Virus record (IMG/VR): IMGVR_UViG_3300048856_000015
Span: 1 to 41,207 of that record
Length of the DNA: 41,207 nt
Direction: 5' to 3' (one strand)
Source of the DNA: a virus
Taxonomy: Duplodnaviria; Caudoviricetes
Position 1 is the first letter of the stretch; the number at the start of each line of letters is the position of its first letter. Made by a program: the position numbers and the translations under genes. Positions 17,379-26,480 of this stretch are shown here, in pieces. A model generated the notes under the pieces. That model was not told the origin of the DNA. It searched no databases and saw only the letters and a list, made by a program, of their open reading frames with translations.

Positions 17379-17837
17379 TCACCGCGGTGGGTTTTCTCGT
17401 GTCTGCCTCTTGGTGGTAATCCGGCCTCGGTACCATTCATCGAATGCAATCATCTCGGGTGAGATAAGCGCCAGTGGAAGCTTCCTGATAGCGCGGAAAA
17501 CGTAGAAGGGCGCATTGTCGAGATCGAGCGTGATCTCTGGCGGTATCTTTTCGGTGGCGGTTCTGTGTTTTAGCCAATTGCGCTCAAGGTTGACGATCTC
17601 GGGCCATTTGTAGGGCGCGAGTTCCTCGGCGCCTTTCGGTGGCGCCATTGCCTGCGTTGTCACTTCAACGCCAGGATCGCCGGTCAGCATCTCTTCTGCC
17701 GCACCAGCTAAGGTTATGGCGGCATCGTAATCACCAGCCAAAAGAGCTGAGATCGCTAATTGAGCTTGCCGAGCGGCGGCTTTCTCCTTGGTAAGGTGAA
17801 GGGGCCGGTCAACTGGATCGAAGGTAGGTAGCTGCAT
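17379..17837 (-). CDS. Hypothetical moron protein
   Basis: 152-aa ORF with AAGGA RBS; K..AA..Q...AI......Y.AAITLAGAAEE...RNWLKH motif; opposite to the phage operons. Confidence 0.7.
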   Translation of the reverse strand: MQLPTFDPVDRPLHLTKEKAAARQAQLAISALLAGDYDAAITLAGAAEEMLTGDPGVEVTTQAMAPPKGAEELAPYKWPEIVNLERNWLKHRTATEKIPPEITLDLDNAPFYVFRAIRKLPLALISPEMIAFDEWYRGRITTKRQTRENPPR

Positions 17838-17902
17838 TGCCAGTCCTTAGGAACGCACGGCATGAGAGGTTCCCCCAGGCGGTTGCTAAAGGCAAGACGA
17901 AC

Positions 17903-18148
17903 TTAAATTAGGCCGGAAAGCACCTTAATGAGTTCAAGACCCCCAGTGCGGTTCAAGGTGATTGAGGCTTGCTCGGTGTAAACGCCATCATCGCGTCTCT
18001 CATTGATCGTGATCCTTAAGGTCTCATCGTCTTCACTCAGCAGTGCCGCCAATTGTGACGTACTGTCGTGAGTGGGGTACCACGTGCACGTTTGGTTGAG
18101 GCCTTGGATATTCGTCGGGTTGATAACGGTGCGGCGTGGGTAAGCCAT
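17903..18148 (-). CDS. Hypothetical moron protein
   Basis: MAYPRRTVINP start, 81 aa, lower GC. Confidence 0.55.
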   Translation of the reverse strand: MAYPRRTVINPTNIQGLNQTCTWYPTHDSTSQLAALLSEDDETLRITINERRDDGVYTEQASITLNRTGGLELIKVLSGLI

Positions 18149-18228
18149 TGAATCTCTCTCTATGTCAGAGTGTAGCGACATCACCCACAATGTCAGGCGT
18201 CTGAATTTAATCAAACTGGAAATCAAAC

Positions 18229-18606
18229 ATGCGCGGTGGACCACGTAAGGGAGCAGGCCGCCCCAGGGGAGCCGCCACAAAGCGAACGCGAGCTGTCGCG
18301 GACCGGGAGTCCAAGAAGGGGCTGACGCCCCTGGAGGTCATGCTGAAGGCCATGCGCGTCCACGCCAACAAGAAGGATTGGGATGCTGCCGCCTCGATCG
18401 CGAAGGACGCAGCTCCTTACATGCACGCCAAGCTCGCCAGCGTTCAGCACTCCGGTCCTCGCGGCGGCCCCATTCAAACGATCGACCTGACCAACATGAG
18501 CGCTGATGACCTCGAACGCCTCGAAGCTATCTTCGGTCCGCTTGCCGGTGGACCCGGCGACGATGATGCGAGCGATCCGGGCGGAGAAGGCGAGGCGAGC
18601 CGCTGA
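18229..18606 (+). CDS. terS: Terminase small subunit (putative)
   Basis: MRGGPRKGAGRPRG, TPLEVML, AKDAAPYMHAKL; immediately upstream of TerL. Confidence 0.75.
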   Translation: MRGGPRKGAGRPRGAATKRTRAVADRESKKGLTPLEVMLKAMRVHANKKDWDAAASIAKDAAPYMHAKLASVQHSGPRGGPIQTIDLTNMSADDLERLEAIFGPLAGGPGDDDASDPGGEGEASR

Positions 18607-20032
18607 GGCGGAACGGCAAAGGATCGCCAAGGATGCGGAGCGCATACGGGCGCGCTGCCAGACATTGGCTGGTTTCGTTCGTGAGGCATGGCATGTGCTG
18701 GAGCCTCGCGCGCAATACGTCCACGGCTGGCATATCGATGCCATCTGCCAACATCTGGAGGCAGTGACCGACGGTCGGATCAATCGGCTGCTGATCAACG
18801 TCCCACCAGGCTCATCGAAGTCGCTGCTGGTCTCTGTCATGTGGCAGGCATGGGAGTGGGGACCTCGCGGTCTCTCGTCCATGCGATACCTGACCACGTC
18901 TTTCAACGATGGCCCGGTCAAGCGCGACACCCGCAAGTGCCGCGACCTGATGCTGTCGGACTGGTATCGCTCCCTCTGGCCTGAGGTTGAGTTGAACCGC
19001 ACCGGCGAGACGTCGTTCTCGAACACCAAGACCGGGACGCGTGAGGGCGTACCGTTCGGCTCCCTGACGTCCCAGCGCGGTGATAGGCTGGTAATCGACG
19101 ACCCGCACTCGACAGAGACGGCAGAGTCGGCAGCCGATCGACTGGCCACGACCCGCAAGTTCCGCGAGGGCGCGCAGAACCGATTGAACGACCAGGAGCG
19201 GTCGGCGATCGTGGTGATCATGCAGCGCCTGCACGAGGAAGACGTCTCGGGCGTCATCCATGACGTCGGGATGGAATATGTCCATCTCATGCTACCGATG
19301 GAGTTTGAACCGGACAGGGCTTGCGAAACCGAGATCGGGTTCAAGGATCCGCGCACCGAAGATGGCGAACTGCTGGACCCGGTGCGCTTTGGGCCTGAGG
19401 CGGTCGCCAAGCTAAAGCGCGATATGGGCAGTTATGCCTACGCCGGGCAATACCAGCAGCGGCCGGCGCCTCGCTCCGGCGGTATGTTCCAGCGTGGCGA
19501 CTTCGAGGTCGTCGATGCTGTGCCGGCCGGTGCCAAGCGGGTAAGGGCATGGGACTTCGCGGCATCCAAGGAGAAGCCAGGCAAGCAGCCCGACTGGACC
19601 GTCGGTCTGCGCATGGCCTACTTCAAGGGCACCTTCTATGTGGAGGATGTCGATCGCGGGCGGTGGTCGCCGAATGAGGTGAACACGAAGCTCAAGAACC
19701 ACGCCTCGCAGGACGGGCCAACAGTCACCATTCGGACACCGCAGGACCCGGGCGCCGCCGGTAAGGCCGACGCTGAGACGAAGGTGAAGATCCTCGCCGG
19801 CTATTCGGTGAAGGTCGTGCCGCCAACCGGTGACAAGGCCACGCGCGCCACACCGGCATCGGCCCAGGCTGAGGCCGGCAACGTGAAGCTGCTGCGGGGA
19901 TCGTGGAACAAAGAATTCTTGGACGAGGTCTGCTCGTTCCCCAACGGTCAATTCGATGACCAGGTCGACGCCTTCGCCGATGCTCTGAACGAGCTGGCGC
20001 TGGGCTCCTCCTTCACCTTCGATAACTTCTGA
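18563..20032 (+). CDS. terL: Terminase large subunit
   Basis: LLINVPPGSSKS Walker A, LVIDDPH Walker B, QYQQRP, RAWDFA, DDQVDA; start uncertain (frame open from 18506). Confidence 0.93.
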   Translation: MMRAIRAEKARRAAEAERQRIAKDAERIRARCQTLAGFVREAWHVLEPRAQYVHGWHIDAICQHLEAVTDGRINRLLINVPPGSSKSLLVSVMWQAWEWGPRGLSSMRYLTTSFNDGPVKRDTRKCRDLMLSDWYRSLWPEVELNRTGETSFSNTKTGTREGVPFGSLTSQRGDRLVIDDPHSTETAESAADRLATTRKFREGAQNRLNDQERSAIVVIMQRLHEEDVSGVIHDVGMEYVHLMLPMEFEPDRACETEIGFKDPRTEDGELLDPVRFGPEAVAKLKRDMGSYAYAGQYQQRPAPRSGGMFQRGDFEVVDAVPAGAKRVRAWDFAASKEKPGKQPDWTVGLRMAYFKGTFYVEDVDRGRWSPNEVNTKLKNHASQDGPTVTIRTPQDPGAAGKADAETKVKILAGYSVKVVPPTGDKATRATPASAQAEAGNVKLLRGSWNKEFLDEVCSFPNGQFDDQVDAFADALNELALGSSFTFDNF

Positions 20033-20040
20033 GGAATCCC

Positions 20041-21888
20041 ATGGGAAATGTCGTCTCAATGTTGAGGGACGGGCTGATGAGCCTTGCGTCCCGCATGGGG
20101 ACCGACAGGGACAAAGCGGCCACCACCTTCTATACCCAGCCTATGCTCAGCGACGAGCAGATCATCGCGGCCTATCGCGGATCCTGGCTGCCGCGGAAGA
20201 TCGTAGACATCCCGGCGCTCGACAGCTGCCGCAAGTGGCGCGACTGGCAGGCAAAGAAGCCCCAGATCGAAGCGATCGAGGACGAGGAGACGCGCCTCAA
20301 CGTCAAGGGCAAGATCCTCGAGGCGTCGAAGAAGGGCCGGCTGTTTGGCGGTGCTGCTGTCTATATCGGGACGGGGGACGCGAACCCGGCCGATCCGCTG
20401 GAGGTTGAGCGCGTCGGCAATGGTGGGCTGAAATACCTCACGGTCATGACGCGCCGGCAGTTGACCGCCGGGGAGATCGAGCGGGACCCGGCTTCGGAAT
20501 GGTACGGGCGGCCGAAGCTCTACACGCTCAGTGGCGCCAACGGCATGCAGATCGACATCCATCCGTCCCGACTGGTCATCTTCAACGGAGCGATGGCGCC
20601 GGATGAGGATTTCAACCAGGCGCTCAACCTCGGCTGGGGCGAGAGTGTGCTGACGTCGACGCTCGACGCCATCAAGAATGCGGACAGCACGGCAGGCAAC
20701 ATCGCTTCTCTGATCTTCGAGGCCAAGATCGATATCATCAAGGTCCCGCAGTTCTCGGCGAACATCGGCAACCAGGCATATGAGGACTCGGTGCTTCGCC
20801 GGTACACGCTGGCGAACACCATCAAGGGCATCAACGGCACACTCATCCTCGACAGCGAGGAGGAATACGAGAGCAAGAGCGCGCATCTCGGTGGGCTGAC
20901 CGACATCCTGATGGCGTTCATGCAGATCGTTTCGGGTGCTGCGGATATCCCGGTCACTCGCCTCCTCGGACAGTCGCCAGCCGGTATGAACTCGACCGGC
21001 ACGTCGGACATGAAGAACTATCACGACCGAATCCAGTCCATGCAGGAGCTGGAGATGCAGCCGGCGATGGTGCGGCTCGACGAATGCCTCGAACGATCCG
21101 CAGGCGTGGTCGACCCTGACGTCTATTATCAGTGGGCGCCGCTCGAGCAGATGAGCGAGAAGGAACGGGCCGAGATCTTCAAGACCACGGCGGACGCCGC
21201 CCGGCAATTGGTCGGCACGACAGCAGGCCAGGAGATCATCCCTCGCGAAGCCGTCTCCGATGCGCTGGTCAATCGTCTTGTTGAGGATGGCGTCTTGCCT
21301 GGCCTTGATGCCGCGATCGAGGAATATAGCAAGCTGAGCGAGCAGGAGCCCTCGGAAGAGGAGCTTGCCGCTGCTGCAGCCGCGTCCAACCAGAACCAGC
21401 CGCCGGCCAAGCAGAGGCAGGCAGCCAACGACGCAGCACCGCGGACGCTCTATGTGTCCCGCAAGGTGATCAACGCTGACGATCTTATCGAATGGGCCAA
21501 GGGGCAGGGGTTCAAGACCACGCTGCCGGCCGATGACCTGCGCGTTACGATCGCTTTGAGCCGTACCCCTGTGGACTGGATGAAGGTGGGAGAGAGCTGG
21601 GCCGCGGAACTCAAGATCGCCGCCGGCGGGCCTCGCCTGATGGAGAAGTTTGGCGAAGCCAAAGTCCTGCTGTTCAAGGCTGCCGAACTCGACTGGCGGC
21701 ATGACGACATCAAGCGCGCTGGCGCATCATGGGACCACCCAGAGTACCAGAGCCATATCACTATCAGCTACGATCCGGATGCCCCTGACCTGGCCGATGT
21801 CGAACCCTATCAGGGCGAAATCGTGCTGGGACCGGAGATCTTTGCCGAGGTCAATGAAGACTGGAAAGCAGGAGTGAGCGAGACATGA
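20041..21888 (+). CDS. Portal protein (DUF1073-like) fused to a C-terminal Acb1-like 2H-phosphoesterase domain
   Basis: Portal motifs YRGSWLPRKIVDIPA.D and AADIPVTRLLGQSPAGMN..G.SD..NY; C-terminal APRTLYVSR...DL(R)VTIALSR...YQSHITISY. Confidence 0.88.
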   Translation: MGNVVSMLRDGLMSLASRMGTDRDKAATTFYTQPMLSDEQIIAAYRGSWLPRKIVDIPALDSCRKWRDWQAKKPQIEAIEDEETRLNVKGKILEASKKGRLFGGAAVYIGTGDANPADPLEVERVGNGGLKYLTVMTRRQLTAGEIERDPASEWYGRPKLYTLSGANGMQIDIHPSRLVIFNGAMAPDEDFNQALNLGWGESVLTSTLDAIKNADSTAGNIASLIFEAKIDIIKVPQFSANIGNQAYEDSVLRRYTLANTIKGINGTLILDSEEEYESKSAHLGGLTDILMAFMQIVSGAADIPVTRLLGQSPAGMNSTGTSDMKNYHDRIQSMQELEMQPAMVRLDECLERSAGVVDPDVYYQWAPLEQMSEKERAEIFKTTADAARQLVGTTAGQEIIPREAVSDALVNRLVEDGVLPGLDAAIEEYSKLSEQEPSEEELAAAAAASNQNQPPAKQRQAANDAAPRTLYVSRKVINADDLIEWAKGQGFKTTLPADDLRVTIALSRTPVDWMKVGESWAAELKIAAGGPRLMEKFGEAKVLLFKAAELDWRHDDIKRAGASWDHPEYQSHITISYDPDAPDLADVEPYQGEIVLGPEIFAEVNEDWKAGVSET

Positions 21889-22172
21889 GCACGGTAGACA
21901 GCACGTCCGACGATCGCACGGTCAACAACACCATGCGCCACAAGTATCGCGTCCTTACGGATGCCGAGAAAGCCCAGATGCAGGCCTTGAAGGATAAGGA
22001 GCAAGAACTCCTTGATCTTATCGACAGCTTACGGACGGCACCTGAGCCTGTCCGGACTGAGCATGGCGATGACGTATTTGGAGCAGTCCAGACGTTCGAC
22101 CGCGAACTCAATATTGCCGCCGAGCGTGCCGAGGAAGCCGTCATGTGGGCGGTAAAGCACGTAACGGCTTAG
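21885..22172 (+). CDS. Acb2/Tad1-like putative cyclic-nucleotide sponge
   Basis: YRVLTDAEKAQMQALKDKEQELLDLI...RELNIAAERAEEAVMWAVKHV matches the helical-hairpin pattern of Acb2 and Tad1 as I recall it. Confidence 0.65.
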   Translation: MSTVDSTSDDRTVNNTMRHKYRVLTDAEKAQMQALKDKEQELLDLIDSLRTAPEPVRTEHGDDVFGAVQTFDRELNIAAERAEEAVMWAVKHVTA

Positions 22173-22372
22173 TCGACACACCGCGTGACGTTTTCGAGAA
22201 ACATGAAGCGTGCGACCGTCTCATGCTCCTCCGGAACTTCAACCAAGAACTCGAATTCGCCGTTCCATGTTTCATACGTGGGGCCAAGCTCAGCGTTAGA
22301 CGCCTTAGTCAGCTCCTCAACTTCCGCTCTTAGGCGAGCGGGAACTACGTAGCGCAGTACACCTGTCGACAA
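22169..22372 (-). CDS. Small antisense moron protein (67 aa)
   Basis: Strong AAGGAGG RBS before TTG; MSTGVLRYVVPARLRAEVEELTKASNAELGPTYETWNGEFEFLVEVPEEHETVARFMFLENVTRCVD; fills the intergenic gap. Confidence 0.6.
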   Translation of the reverse strand: MSTGVLRYVVPARLRAEVEELTKASNAELGPTYETWNGEFEFLVEVPEEHETVARFMFLENVTRCVD

Positions 22373-22399
22373 AGGCCCCTCCTTTATTGGACGAATAAC

Positions 22400-23539
22400 A
22401 TGCAATTCACCGACGCTGTAGCGGTGTCCGGCACGCGTCGGACGGCCGACGGATACCTTGTGGCCGAAGCACGGTCGGTGCGGACCGGCATCCAGCTCTA
22501 TACCGGCTCCGAAGTCGGCAAGCCCGATATGCCCGTGGTTCGGGTCTATCGCCCCGCCGATCAGGTGTTCTCGGCTGACAGCCTCCACAGCTTCACGCAC
22601 GCCCCGGTTACGATGGATCATCCTGCTGAGGCTGTGAACGCCGACAACTGGAAGCAGTTGGCGGTGGGGGAGGTAAGCACCGCGGCGAAAAAGGACGGGG
22701 AGTGGGTTCATCTCCCGCTCATCCTGAAGGACGCAGCGGCCATCCAGGCGGTCGAGACCGGCAAGCGTGAGCTTTCCGCCGGCTATGTCTGCGAACTGGT
22801 CTGGGGAGATGGCGTGGCGCCAGACGGGCAGCCGTTCAACGCCACCCAGACCAACATCAAGATCAACCACCTCGCGATCGTCGACAAGGCGAGAGCTGGT
22901 TCCAAGGCTCGGATCGGCGATGCCGCCTCCGAAGAGTGGGGCGCTGCCCCGATTAATGATCATCAACCCGCAAAGGAAAAGATCATGACCCTGAAGACGG
23001 TTACCGTCGATGGCATCCCGGTTGAGGTAACCGACCAGGGCGCCATCGTCATCACCACGCTGCAGACGCGGCTTGCGGATGCCAACTCCAAGATGGGCAC
23101 GGCCGATGCTGCTCACCTTGCGGCAATTGCCGCTAAGGACGGCGAGCTTGCCAAGAAGGACGCCGAGATCGACTCGCTCAAGGCGAAGGTCCTTTCCGAC
23201 GCCGACCTCGATAAGCGGGTCCAGGCTCGTGCCGATCTCATCTCCACCGCCAAGGCAATCGCCAAGGATGTTAAGACGGAAGGGCTGGCCGACGCTTCAA
23301 TCCGCAAGGCGGTCGTCGCTGCCAAGCTCGGTGACGCTGCTATTGCCGGCAAGGCGGAGGCATATATCGACGCTCGCTTCGATATCCTGGCCGAAGACGC
23401 GAAGAAGGCTGGAGGCTCCGATCCCTTCGCTCGGGTGGTCTCCGATGGCGTGAAGCCGACCGGCGATGCCCACACCCACGCCAACGACGCTTGGAACAAG
23501 AGCGTCAACGATCTCAACGCCTGGCGCAAGGAGGCTTAA
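22400..23539 (+). CDS. DUF2213 prohead protease/scaffold protein
   Basis: T.DGYL......RTGIQ.Y, PVTMDHP, GKRELSAGY, NHLAIVDKARAG..ARIGD. Confidence 0.9.
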   Translation: MQFTDAVAVSGTRRTADGYLVAEARSVRTGIQLYTGSEVGKPDMPVVRVYRPADQVFSADSLHSFTHAPVTMDHPAEAVNADNWKQLAVGEVSTAAKKDGEWVHLPLILKDAAAIQAVETGKRELSAGYVCELVWGDGVAPDGQPFNATQTNIKINHLAIVDKARAGSKARIGDAASEEWGAAPINDHQPAKEKIMTLKTVTVDGIPVEVTDQGAIVITTLQTRLADANSKMGTADAAHLAAIAAKDGELAKKDAEIDSLKAKVLSDADLDKRVQARADLISTAKAIAKDVKTEGLADASIRKAVVAAKLGDAAIAGKAEAYIDARFDILAEDAKKAGGSDPFARVVSDGVKPTGDAHTHANDAWNKSVNDLNAWRKEA

Positions 23540-23542
23540 GCC

Positions 23543-24016
23543 ATGCCCATTACCTATCGCGATACTCTCGCCGCCTACGCGGTGGGCCGCCGCGCCAACA
23601 TGGAAGAGTGGAATGCCATCACTCGGACCCTGGAAGGCGCCACCTCCCTTGGCTTTGGGGTTCCCGCCATTGCTGGCACCGGTGCGCATACCTGCGCTCC
23701 CTTGACCGCAGCAGCGCAGAACGTCCTGGGCATCACCGAGGCGAACCTCACGCTTCCACGCCCCGGCGACGAATACGACCAGTATGACAACGTGGCGATC
23801 TGCGAAAGCGGCGTCATCGGTGTGCTGCTCGGCGCCAACGTCACCAAGGGCGCGCAGGCCCGCTATGACGTCACCAACAAGGTTTGGACCGGTGCAGCCG
23901 CATCGGCGACCGTTCTTACCATCCCCGGCGCTCAGTTCGATGAAGCCGGATCGTCGGGTGCGGTCGGCATTGTCCGGTACCGCCGCCCGGTTCCCTCTGT
24001 CTCGGCAGGAGCATAA
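23543..24016 (+). CDS. Capsid decoration/cement protein
   Basis: Lies between DUF2213 and the capsid gene; LGFG and Y...DNVAI...GVI pattern. Confidence 0.75.
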   Translation: MPITYRDTLAAYAVGRRANMEEWNAITRTLEGATSLGFGVPAIAGTGAHTCAPLTAAAQNVLGITEANLTLPRPGDEYDQYDNVAICESGVIGVLLGANVTKGAQARYDVTNKVWTGAAASATVLTIPGAQFDEAGSSGAVGIVRYRRPVPSVSAGA

Positions 24017-24019
24017 CCT

Positions 24020-25003
24020 ATGAATATGATCGTCAATGACGCTCAGGCCTTGGCATTCGTCACGGGTCAGGCGTACCGCATCAATCAGACCGTCTATGAG
24101 ACGCGCTTCCCCGATTGGGACTTCGGGCGCCTCATCTATGTGGACACCACCGGTCCGGCATGGTCTCCCGGCATCCTCACCTACACGTCGGATCTGACCG
24201 GCGCCGCCAAGTGGCAGTCTGGATATGCGAAGGACATCCCGCTCGCGGACGTCTCCCAGGATATGCAGACCAAGACCTTCCATCTGGCAGCAATCGGCTA
24301 CCAGTACAACATCGAGGAGATCAACACCGCCATCCAGATCGGCAGCTCCCTCCCGAACCGTCGCGCCCGTGCAGCCAAGCTTGCTTACACCAAGTTCATG
24401 TACGACCTGACGCTCGCGGGGAACACCGAGAAGGGTCTCGGCGGCCTGATCAACTATCCGGGTGTCGTCACGGCGATTGTTCCGGCCGACGGTACGGGTT
24501 CCGCAACCTTCTGGGTCAACTCCGCTGGTGTCGGCATCAAGACGCCGGCTCAGATCGTGCGGGACATCAACCTCGCTCTGCAGGGCATCAGCCTCGCCAC
24601 CTTCGAAACCGAGCTGGCGGACACCATCCTTCTGCCGGTCGAGGCCTACAACTACATCGCTGCCACGCCCTACAGCGCGACGACGATGGAGACGATCCTG
24701 TCGTTCGTGATGCGGACCAACATCTACACGATGACCACGGGCCGGCCGTTGACGATCCGGACCGTCCGCGAGCTCGGCACTGCGGGCGTCGGCGGCGCTG
24801 CCGGCACTGGCCGTCTCGTCGCCTACAAGAACGACCAGGACTACGTGAAGCTTCATCTCCCGATGCCTCACCAGTTCCTGCCGGTCTATCAGGACGGCCC
24901 GCTCAACTGGCAGATCCCCGGTATCTTCCGCACCGGGGGCGTCGAGCTGCTCACCACGGTTGCTTTCCGTTATCTGGACGGCATTTCGCAGCCGCCGGCT
25001 TAA
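24020..25003 (+). CDS. Major capsid protein (DUF2184-like)
   Basis: VYETRFP, DIPLAD, IGYQYNIEEI, GLGGLINYP, TGGVEL motifs. Confidence 0.9.
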   Translation: MNMIVNDAQALAFVTGQAYRINQTVYETRFPDWDFGRLIYVDTTGPAWSPGILTYTSDLTGAAKWQSGYAKDIPLADVSQDMQTKTFHLAAIGYQYNIEEINTAIQIGSSLPNRRARAAKLAYTKFMYDLTLAGNTEKGLGGLINYPGVVTAIVPADGTGSATFWVNSAGVGIKTPAQIVRDINLALQGISLATFETELADTILLPVEAYNYIAATPYSATTMETILSFVMRTNIYTMTTGRPLTIRTVRELGTAGVGGAAGTGRLVAYKNDQDYVKLHLPMPHQFLPVYQDGPLNWQIPGIFRTGGVELLTTVAFRYLDGISQPPA

Positions 25004-25072
25004 TCACTGCTCCCAAGGCAGAAGCGGGCGGCATTCGTGCCGCTCGCCCCTCTATCGCGCGAGGAATTGCAC

Positions 25073-25396
25073 ATGGTCACTGTGAAGAACCTGACAAATA
25101 GCCCTTACGACCTTCAGGGGAAAGAAGGCATGATCCGTCTTCCCGCCTTCGGAGAGGCGGAAGGCGAGTTCAACGACGACTATCTGCAACTGCTCGAAGC
25201 CAGCATGGCTGTGAAGATCATCGACGCGCTGGATCACGACCAGGACGGCAAGGAGGGTGGATCGAAGGCCATCCAGGAAGACGACGAATTGACGAAGCTC
25301 CGCGCGGATTATCTCGAGGTGGTCGGCAAGCGGGCCTATCACGGATGGGGCGCAGAAGAGCTTCAGCAGAAGATCGACGCGAAGCTCGCAGAATAA
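25073..25396 (+). CDS. Hypothetical virion-associated protein
   Basis: MVTVKN start with GAGG RBS; C-terminal LRADY....GKR.YHGW....L..KI motif. Confidence 0.7.
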   Translation: MVTVKNLTNSPYDLQGKEGMIRLPAFGEAEGEFNDDYLQLLEASMAVKIIDALDHDQDGKEGGSKAIQEDDELTKLRADYLEVVGKRAYHGWGAEELQQKIDAKLAE

Positions 25397-25417
25397 TTTC
25401 CTCCCAAGGAGAATGAC

Positions 25418-25912
25418 ATGGCCGGATACGGTGACAACGCAGGCTTTACCGCTTACGCCGAAGCCGCCGGCTATGTCGTTCCTGACGGGACGACCGCTCC
25501 CCAGATAACCGCAGCACGTCAGCGCGGCTCTATGGTGATCGATCGGTATGAGAAGCATTTCAGCGGTCGCCGCACCGGCGGATGGCAGCAGGAGCGCGCC
25601 TGGCCGCGGACCGGGGCTACGACTTACTACGGCGAGACCATCCCGGATGACGTCATCCCAGCGGCGATCATCAACGCCTCCTATGAGGCAGCATTCCTCG
25701 AACTGACCAACCCTGGTAGCCTTTCGCCGGTGGTGACCGGCTCGGCCACGGTGAAGCGCGAGAAGATCGGCCAGCTTGAGGTCGAATACTCAGCGTCCTC
25801 GTCGACGAGCGTTGCCGATATGGTCGCCATGGCAACTCCGGTGGTCACGGCGATCGAGGGGCTGCTTTGGCCGTTCCTGATGCCGTGCCTGCCGGGAATA
25901 TTGGTGGTTTAG
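25418..25912 (+). CDS. Head-tail adaptor (DnaT-like family)
   Basis: F.GRR..G..Q.RAWPR, IP..I..A..E.A, VKREKIGQLEVEY. Confidence 0.8.
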   Translation: MAGYGDNAGFTAYAEAAGYVVPDGTTAPQITAARQRGSMVIDRYEKHFSGRRTGGWQQERAWPRTGATTYYGETIPDDVIPAAIINASYEAAFLELTNPGSLSPVVTGSATVKREKIGQLEVEYSASSSTSVADMVAMATPVVTAIEGLLWPFLMPCLPGILVV

Positions 25913-26049
25913 ACGTCGCCCTTGGGCAGATCGCCAGCAGCGTCTTTCATGCCCTTTTCGGCGGTCTTCACAAGTTCCTCGCGGTTCTTGTCGGCGTCCT
26001 TGCCGGTGCGAGCATCGTCGCTGGTCTTGTCTGGCTTCTTCTCTGTCAT
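25909..26049 (-). CDS. Small hydrophilic antisense moron peptide (46 aa)
   Basis: Not in ORF track. AGGAG RBS; MTEKKPDKTSDDARTGKDADKNREELVKTAEKGMKDAAGDLPKGDV. Confidence 0.65.
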   Translation of the reverse strand: MTEKKPDKTSDDARTGKDADKNREELVKTAEKGMKDAAGDLPKGDV

Positions 26050-26076
26050 CGCAATCTCCTGTGGTTTGCTCGTCAC

Positions 26077-26101
26077 AACAGAAGCTAGCAGTCATTGTTC
26101 C
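26077..26101 (-). promoter_or_regulatory. EcfG/RpoE2-type general-stress promoter
   Basis: Minus strand GGAACaatgactgctagcttctgTT (GGAAC-N18-TT), 27 nt upstream of the ATG at 26049. Confidence 0.6.
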
Positions 26102-26114
26102 TCGCGAGGTGCGA

Positions 26115-26480
26115 ATGCCTAACCCGATCTACGCCCGCCTGCAGGCCACCGCGAACCGCCTGATTGAGAAATACGGCCAGATCGGCGAGGTCACGCGGTT
26201 TGTTGCGCCTGACCCGGTCGAAGGCGGTGATCCGGTCCCGACCGAGTATCCGGCCAAGCTCGTGCCGATGACATATGACCAGCGGTACATCGACGGGACG
26301 ACAATCACGACGGCCGACCGGCAGGTTTACATCTCATCCGTCGGCCTCGCGATTGTGCCAGCGCCGGGCGACATCGTCACTGCCGGCGGCGTGACCTATC
26401 ACATCATTGCCGGTGATCCGAACAACTACGACGGCATCACGAATGTCGTCTTCATCGTCCAAGGAAGGATTGCGCCATGA
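26115..26480 (+). CDS. Head closure / head-tail joining protein
   Basis: Y.RLQATA.RLI.KYG and IDGT.I...DR; position in the neck module. Confidence 0.8.
   Translation: MPNPIYARLQATANRLIEKYGQIGEVTRFVAPDPVEGGDPVPTEYPAKLVPMTYDQRYIDGTTITTADRQVYISSVGLAIVPAPGDIVTAGGVTYHIIAGDPNNYDGITNVVFIVQGRIAP

Noticed and set aside
17850-17873. Another EcfG-type promoter upstream of 17837
   Set aside because: GGAAC to CGTT spacing is 13 nt, too short. It is better explained as a GGAAC/GTTCC inverted repeat.
21994-22023. Possible targets of array units U3 (KEQELLDLI codons here) and U5 (INQLGARL codons near 37056-37080)
   Set aside because: Only 13/18 and 11/16 matches, which is expected by chance in 41 kb.
18223-24871. 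Long minus-strand ORFs (18223-19410, 20056-21702, 22169-23116, 23297-24871) and similar frames elsewhere, such as 39101-40534 and 368-1081
   Set aside because: These are shadow frames of GC-rich genes on the opposite strand, with no motifs or RBS. Only the last 67 codons of 22169-23116 are kept as a real gene.
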